The notes under the pieces are model-generated. The model ran no database searches and had not been told where the DNA came from. It was given only the letters and a program-made list of their open reading frames with translations. Shown one piece after another: positions 56,486 to 64,000 of a stretch of DNA of 64,000 bases. The translations under genes were made by a program, and so were the position numbers. The stretch is from the human T2T-CHM13v2.0 reference genome, Homo sapiens, in the NCBI RefSeq assembly GCF_009914755.1, contig NC_060928.1, one strand, 5' to 3'. Positions within the stretch are counted from its first letter, which is position 1; every line of letters starts with the position of its first letter.

Positions 56486-58551
56486 TTTTTTTAAAAAAGG
56501 AGACAAAACAATCCAAAATTTGTGTGTACCTAAAACAGTTTCAATATGTATAAAGCAAAATCTTACTGGACTAAAAATTTTTAAAGGCTAAGTCAATCAT
56601 TGTAGTCAGAGATTTTTAACACACCTCTCTCAGTAGATGTATAGGATTATACATCTATACATTTGAGCAACAAGAATTATAAATCTGACTTAAGTTTATG
56701 TTTTCAGACCCAGATTAAATTAATGTAGATACCAATAACAAAAATATACCTAGAACACAGGCTAATTTTTGAAATTAAACAATATTCACTAACTACTGCA
56801 TGTGACAAAGAAGAAATTACAAAGAAATAAATCGTAAAAGTCTAAAGCAGTACATGAGAAAATTTACATAAATTCCCTGTGTCTTCATCTCCCAATATTT
56901 CCTTCAAAAATGTATATAAAAAAAAGAGAAAAGTAGAAGTAAACAAAAATTAAGTTCTCAGTATAACTTAAAGACAAAAAATGCCCACACTTCAAAATGA
57001 CTGTAAATGTCAAACAAGCAAACAAATAAAACCCCAAATACCAAATCTGGAAAGAAATCTTTCAAACATTGTCTCATCTCTACTCTAAGGCAACAGTTTA
57101 TGGTGGGCACAGCAGCCTGAAATAGGCTCTGTAGAAGACAGAAGGGAGTCAGTGATGGGCCTAAGGTAGATGCCAAAGTCCACTGAAGAAAGTAAATGTA
57201 CCATTAATATGAAAGTATTTAAACATGTATTTGGAAACCAGCACAAGAACTAAGAGGAAAAGGATCTACAAGTATGTGTGATGTCAAAGAGTGATGTTCA
57301 AAATAGGTTGTTTCTGGGCCAAGAAAAATGTCAAAAACAAAAACAGAAGTGAGGTTAGGAAATAGTATAGTGACAAGGAAAAGTCAAGGGGAGTACCTCA
57401 TGCTTCTACAAGGAAAAGAAGAATCAATGAATTGGAAGTAACAGAATTTCTCCCCGACCACAAAATAAATAATACACCCCAACACCACAATCAAATCCAA
57501 AGTATCTGAACTTTGCTATCGTGACATTAAAATACATCAATAAGCTAAGATCTTGTAGAACACCCAGAAACCACAAAATTAAAAGGACAAAATAATTATT
57601 GCAGAATTAAGATACGAAGATCCAATACAAATCAATTGTGGAAAATTCCCACACAAAATAATAAGCAGAAGAAACTGTAAGAAAATACTCCCCACAGTTA
57701 AGTATATTCAAACAAAAATTTAGGAATAAGAAAAAATCACCTTGAATAAAATAATTCAGAAACTAAGCAAGATAAATACATTTCTCACGCACACACAAAT
57801 ACACAAAAAGTAAGAAATAAATAAAAAATTGGTTGAACTTTAAAAAATAGAAGAAAAAGACAAAATTATGATGGTCACCAATGAATCAACTAAAAACAGT
57901 TTAATAATAGGCAGGAAAATAATGAAGAGAATACAACTGAGATGAAGAGAAGTCAGAAAGTCAGAGAGAATATTGTGCAAATACAAGGCAGGCAAAGTGT
58001 GACTAACATACCTATAGTGGGAATTCGTGAAGAAGAAAACCACAACAATGTAACAGAACAAATATTCAACTTTATGTTCCTAAATAAATAAATACAGAAG
58101 TAAATGCATTTTCCCAAGGTTGAAAAGAAAACCTGAAATTACATTTTGAAAAAAATGTATCAATGTCTAGAAAAACGGCTACCCAAATTGAACAGCTCTG
58201 AAACATATACTAAGAAAAGACTTCAGTTGAAACCTTTCTTAAAAAATCCTAAAGGCTTCCAGGAGGAAAAAAAAAGACTAAGTAAATTACAAGGACTGAA
58301 TAATAGACTGGCATTAGACTTTTCAAAAATAACACACAAAGCAAGTTACCAGTGCAATTAGGCTATTAAAGTGAAAAGTCAGTGAAAGAAAACATAAATT
58401 GAGGATTTTCTATGTAGCCACTATGTCCTTCAAGTTTCAAATCAATAGAAAAATAATTTTACATGCAACAACTTTCTGAAAAATCTACTCAATAAAGAGA
58501 TGACTAAAATAACTTTAGCAAAATATACCAATGATGAGAATTTTTTTAATT

Positions 58552-58843
58552 AGTATTTAACTTTTATTTTAGGTTCGGGGTTACAAGTGAAGGTTTGTTA
58601 CGTAAGTGAATTCATTTCACAGGGGTTTTCCTGTAAAGATTATTTTCTCACCCAGATATGAAGCCCATTACCCAATAGTTATCTTTTTTGCTCCTCTCCT
58701 CCTTCCCACTCCCCACCCAGTGTCTGTTATTCCTTTCTTAGTGTTCATGAATTCTCATCATTTAGCTCCCGCTTATAAGTGAGAATGGGTGGTATTTGGT
58801 TTTGTGTTCTTGTGTTAGTTTCCTAAAGATTGTAGCCTCCAGC
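58552..58843 (-). mobile_element. Older L1PA (L1PA13-16-like) 3' end
   Basis: tttaacttttattttaggttcgggg...catttagctcccgcttataagtgagaat...gcctccagc. Confidence 0.82.
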
Positions 58844-59932
58844 ATATATTGAAAGAGCCTAAAGACTAAAGCAAAGATTGGGAAAATGGTGTTAAACAAA
58901 TTTACAAATATTACATGTTGTGACAAAGCAGAAAATATATAATTAAAAATAAAAAAGCAAAGGAGAAGAAAAAAAGAAAATAGAAAAATATCATTAATTG
59001 TTGTATGGACAGTATGTGGGAGTTAAATAATATCAATAACAACTGAGAATCCCGAGTAAAGGGCTAATAAATGAAAGACTAAGGCTATTAAGATAAAAGT
59101 ACGAAGGTAAAACTAGAACAAAAACAGGAAGCTTCCAAAATACTAAAATAAAACAAATATTAATTAAATGCAAGAAATTCACTGCCCATATAGATACATA
59201 GCAAATACTACTAATATATGATGCCAGGGTTGAGCACAAAATTCTCCCTTTTATTTCTTTTCCCTATCACTGCTCAGTTTCTTAAACACACTTCTGTCTA
59301 GCTTTCTGATATTTTTCTCTAACCAGAAAGAAACCTGTTTTGAAGACTGTGTTTTCACATCACACATACTTGTAGATGTGTAGGGAAAGAAAGAACCCTA
59401 GCAAAATAGAAGAGAAGGTAACCAAAAAAAGTGTCCTTAAAAAAGACGTTTAAGCAAGCATCATACCTACTAGTGAAATAGAGATTACCTTTCCAGATAT
59501 CAGGAACAATTTGAGATTATTCAACATTATACTCTAGTCTTACCCAGTGCAATATGGCATGAAAAAGTATAATTTTGGAAATGAGAATGTAAAATATTCA
59601 TTATTTATAAAAATGGTCATTATTCTGTATCTTATCTTTCAAATATTAGCTCTTTTATGAAGTATTTCTCAGTCTTAGGCAGTTTTATCAAAACTCGGTC
59701 AGATATTGTTGTAGCAGTTGGAAAATAATTACATTAATTTTTTTTCTTTTTTCTTATTTCAGACTGTGAACTCCTCAAAACATTAGTGACCATTCTAACC
59801 AATAATCTTCAAATTCAGCAGATTCTCTGACATACATCAGACACTCAAGGAATAAGAAATAATGATTAAAATAGTACCAGTAATGATATGTTTAATGGTC
59901 ATCAAAATCCCAGAATGGTAACTCAAGCTTAC

Positions 59933-60081
59933 CTCCTATATCTGGACGAAGTTTATTGTCATAGCCTTGAAGCAATGAATTCAGAATTTGTGTGATATCT
60001 CCTTCATGAATTTTTGGGGCCAAGACCCAGGTTTTGTTCACCGTTAAATCCTCATCATCTTCATCATCTGCCTTATCAACA
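59933..60081 (-). CDS. GABRG1: GABA-A receptor gamma-1 subunit, coding exon 2 (149 nt; [49 protein letters not shown])
   Basis: Translation contains the GABA-A N-terminal motif [14 protein letters not shown]; acceptor attatttag|T, donor GGAG|gtaagc; phase joins exon 3. Confidence 0.96.
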
Positions 60082-61896
60082 CTAAATAATTCAAAGAAAA
60101 AAATGGATGGTAGAAGGTTCAATCAAATCATGTATAAAAGTATAGTTTAAGTATGTTACAATTGAGTAAGAAAGTAATAATGGCAGACAAAAAGGTATTA
60201 CACTAACATTACATTTAGTAAGACCAATACATTTGTCATACAAAGTGCCCTGATATAATACTCAAAAAATGAGAATTCTGTGCAAGAAATACACAATATT
60301 AAAATAATAAAGTAAATTTTGACCACTCCCACAACTGTCATTAACATTCATAAAAATTATTCCACCAAAATATGACTGGTGTCCCCTAAATTTGTATAAC
60401 ATAAAATCTGTGCACCCATATGTGGTGACCTTAAACCATCACAACCAAAAATAAAAATTAAAAGGTAAAGAATTACAGGAAAAGATGTAATAATTAGTCT
60501 GGTAAAATGTACAAAAAATGGATGTGTAGAAAAGAAGAATTAAGAAAAATTGAGTAAAGGAAGGTTTGAATAAAAAGGAAAACATGTTTGTTGTACATAC
60601 TGTTGCTCATTTCTTTTAAGTCGGAAGAACCCAGCCATCTTTTTCCAAGAACTTTGTCAAAGATTTTATAATCATCAAATTATCAATAGGTGACTCATCT
60701 TGCACATATATTTGGGAGGAGGCATAACTATCACATTTTACTAGAAGTGATATTGGGGAGATCAAATAACTCTCTTCCTTTATTTTATAACTGAGAAAAC
60801 CAAGGACCACAGAAAAATAGCCAAAACACAAATCTATTTATCAGCAAAACTGAGACTCAAACATTGCCTCTCCAACTATTGCTTTCTGATACACCTGTGT
60901 GCTTAAAAGTGAAAAGATTCAGCTGACTTCTGAATTGTGATAGAAACATCCAGTAATAAAGATATTCATCAACAATTCATCAAAGGTAATAAATTACTCT
61001 TCTCTTTATTGCCCATAAGTAACGCCATCTTCTTTTGAGTAAGGTCATTCTAGACTTAACAACACACCCATTTTAGGAAATCCCTCATGCTCCAGTGAAA
61101 AGGGGTCCAAAAAACTAAACACTAACATTGGTAAAATCAAGTAAATCTGTAATTTTCCAGATTATTCACATATATTTCAAAGATGTGTTTCCCTCAAACA
61201 GTAAATACTTAATGCTTTCTACAGTATCTATTCAGACCTCTTTTGCTTTGAATCTAAACACCTTAGCAAATGCAGCCCCAACTCCTTTTATCCGTAAACT
61301 CTCAAGCTGATTTGAATTGCTAAGAAATACATCAAGCATGAGAATACAAGAGAACACGCCAGTCCGAGATGTTTATTTTATGTTGGACTACCCTGGTCTT
61401 GAGAGAAATATTACTGCTTTTGATTGCCACCTCTTTGGTATTTTTTTAGTGCTTGCCTTCTCATTTTGTGAAAGAAAGTGGAGTGGCCAAACAAATCCTG
61501 AATTTTCAGTTCCATTTCCCAAACATCAGCTATAAAAACCTGGATATCACATCTGCTTTGTAGGCTATCTGTACAATGGTTGGGGGGTTGGGGCACTTAA
61601 TTGTATCATCAGATTCACATTGCCCTCTATTTTGCTTTTCGTGAAAATATTTTTGTTAAGATGCTTATGAAGATGCTTGTGAAGTAAAAATCCTTATATT
61701 GCCATAAAAAATTTTTATGAGATTTTAACATCATAAATTAAAATTTTACTTTCAAAGAATTTACTATATTATTTCATCGTTATAATAATTATATTAATAG
61801 TTATCTTCCACGGATTAATAACAGTGTATTATTAACAATGTTTCTCCTCTTCTTGTGAAATAATTATGCTTCTCACCCTACTAACTTTTAACTTGT

Positions 61897-62245
61897 CTGT
61901 AATTTGCAATACTCCTTCCAGCAGGAGGATTATACATCCCTGTCCTGTTGAACTCAGGTCTGACCCTGTGATTGACTTGGGCTAATGGTATATAACTGAC
62001 ATGCATCACTACCAAGCAGTGGGTTTAGTGTCAGTGAAGTTTATTACATCTCTCTTGTCCTTCTGCCAGGTGATACTCAGCCATACTCACAGGCTACTCC
62101 ATTACTTCACTCTCAGAGTGAAGGTGACTTGGACAGAGCCACAGCTGAACTACAATGGACATGTAATCTGAGTGAGACATAAACATTTAGGGTTGGAAGC
62201 CACTGGGATTTGGAAGTAGTTTGTTACCACAGCATAACCTAATGT
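61897..62245 (+). mobile_element. MLT1 (MaLR) LTR, MLT1I/J-like
   Basis: ggattatacatccctgtcctgttgaactcagg...agccacagctgaactacaatggacatgta...aagccactgggatttgg...gttaccacagcataaccta. Confidence 0.72.
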
Positions 62246-62967
62246 GTCTTGGCAGATTGCCTCAGGATGGTCCAATTTTATTTGTAACACTTTGAGAATA
62301 CAAATTGAGAGATGTTAAGTAACATACGCCTCAGTTCTACTATTCCAAATCTCACCAGTTTCTCCCACCACCAACACCTTAGTTAAACAATCTTAGCAAA
62401 ATCTCTGCCAAAACAATTCTGGCCCCCTCAAGTTAAGTATATCACTAAAGTACATAGAATGTGCTTTGTATGCAACCTCAAGAAAGCTTTCTAGTAGTCA
62501 GAGGCCAGTTCTCAGACCCTAAAACCCATGGTCCTTCTACTATTATTATATTCCCTTACTTTGCAAATGAAGAAAAACTCTGTGAGAAGTGGATTAACTT
62601 GACCAATGTAACACTGCTACTCTGGTAGAACTGGGGCTCTGATACCCGCAGTATGCAATGAGCACACTATAATATTGTTCCAATTTGAGATACGTTTATA
62701 TATGAGTAAAAATACTTTGAGCCTGTACTTCTAAGGATGCATTATTTTAAAGTATACAAAGTTTCACTTATAACCCTATGCAGATTCCTGGAGAACATAT
62801 TAGTTAACATATTTTTACTTACGTACATCATTACAGTAATTATTTTGCTCTACTTATCTTGTGTACAGTATAGAAATTTTGTTATATGATTTCCTTCAAA
62901 TAATTTCCTATTATTTTCTCCAAGTAAATAAGTACATATAAGCTGAGGAATTAGAAATACTGAGTTG

Positions 62968-63218
62968 TCACATGTTCTCATTTATAAGTTGGAGCTAAAT
63001 GATGAGAACACATCGACAAATGGAGGGGAGCAACACACACTGCGGCATATCAGAGTGGGGAGGGTGGGAGGAGGGAAAGGATCAGGAAAAATAACTAATG
63101 GAGACTAGGCTTAATACCTGGGAGATGAAATAAGCTGTAAAACAAGCCACCATGACACAAGTTTACTTAACAAACCTTTACATGTACCCCTGAACTTAAA
63201 ATAAAAGTAAAAAAAAAT
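62968..63218 (+). mobile_element. Older L1PA (L1PA13-16-like) 3' end
   Basis: cacatgttctcatttataagttggagctaaatgatgagaacac...catgtacccctgaacttaaaataaaagtaaaaaaaa; aaatactga on both sides is a possible TSD. Confidence 0.85.
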
Positions 63219-64000
63219 ACTGAAGTATTAAGAATCTCTGCTGGTGTGTGCTTCTGGAATGTTTTATTTCCTAATTAGACTTGTTGAGATATTGGCAACA
63301 ACTTAAATTTTAGGTTTTCATTCACCTCTAAATTTCAGTTTTATAGAATGAAGTATCTGGTGGGTATGGCAAGCCACTGCACATATAAACAGTTTATCTT
63401 TCCTTGAATAATGATTGCAATCAAATGGAAGATTTTAGAAAAAAAAAAAAAAAAAAGCTTTTTCTGTTTTTTTTTTTATGGTGGCAATATTTTGATAATC
63501 TAAAATCCACATGGTGATACTAGTTTATATTGCCCTTTTCTCAGGTAGTAGAGAGGTAATATGAAAATTGACCTCAAAAATACTATAAAGTTATCTTTCC
63601 TCAGTTTCGGCAATAACATAAAAGAAATTTCATTATAGGTAATTTATCTACACCTTTTCTCTAAGCTATCTAAGTTATGCTCAGAATGTTCATTAATTAC
63701 TTTGAATATTACATTGGTGTTATCTTGGTGATTAAAAAGTACTTCATAATTTTAAAAACATAGCACTTATAGTGTGTTTCATGTCCTGATGTTTTTTGGA
63801 AGCTGGGAGATTTTTGTAGCAGTTACATGTTTTGGATAAATATTTATTTGGAAGAAACAGGTATGATTTTTTAAAAATAATACTCTGAGAATTTATTAAA
63901 AATTAATATACCTACCTTAAAAATGAGAAAATAAGAGATTATAGAATTCCAGGACACACAGCTATTAAACAATAGACCCAGAATTTAAAATAATGTTGAT

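Noticed and set aside
60082-64000. GABRG1 exon 1 or promoter
   Set aside because: No signal-peptide exon or CpG-rich promoter is visible; this is intron 1 and exon 1 must lie beyond the window.

Overview
AT-rich primate (very probably human) genomic DNA holding the 3' part of GABRG1, the GABA-A receptor gamma-1 subunit gene, on the minus strand. Coding exons 2-9 are traced by hand with GT-AG boundaries and compatible phases (149+68+221+83+138+153+215+267 nt), followed by a ~5.2 kb 3' UTR; exon 1 lies beyond the right edge. The introns are filled with Alu, L1, L2, MIR, MaLR/ERVL LTRs, Tigger/MER DNA transposons and microsatellites. I see no new gene, RNA gene or CRISPR-type system, and most listed ORFs are spurious. 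The unusual signals are structural: (1) an L1PA insertion combining a twin-priming inversion with apparently two nested 3' transductions inside a 19-bp TSD; (2) a short L1PA insertion whose 5' junction carries a 42-bp fold-back copy of the target DNA; (3) three separate ~140-160 bp local duplications (one direct, two inverted), each with copies ~2 kb apart; (4) a retroposed ERV-LTR transcript 3' end with TSDs. Repeat family names are from recalled consensus motifs, not from a search.
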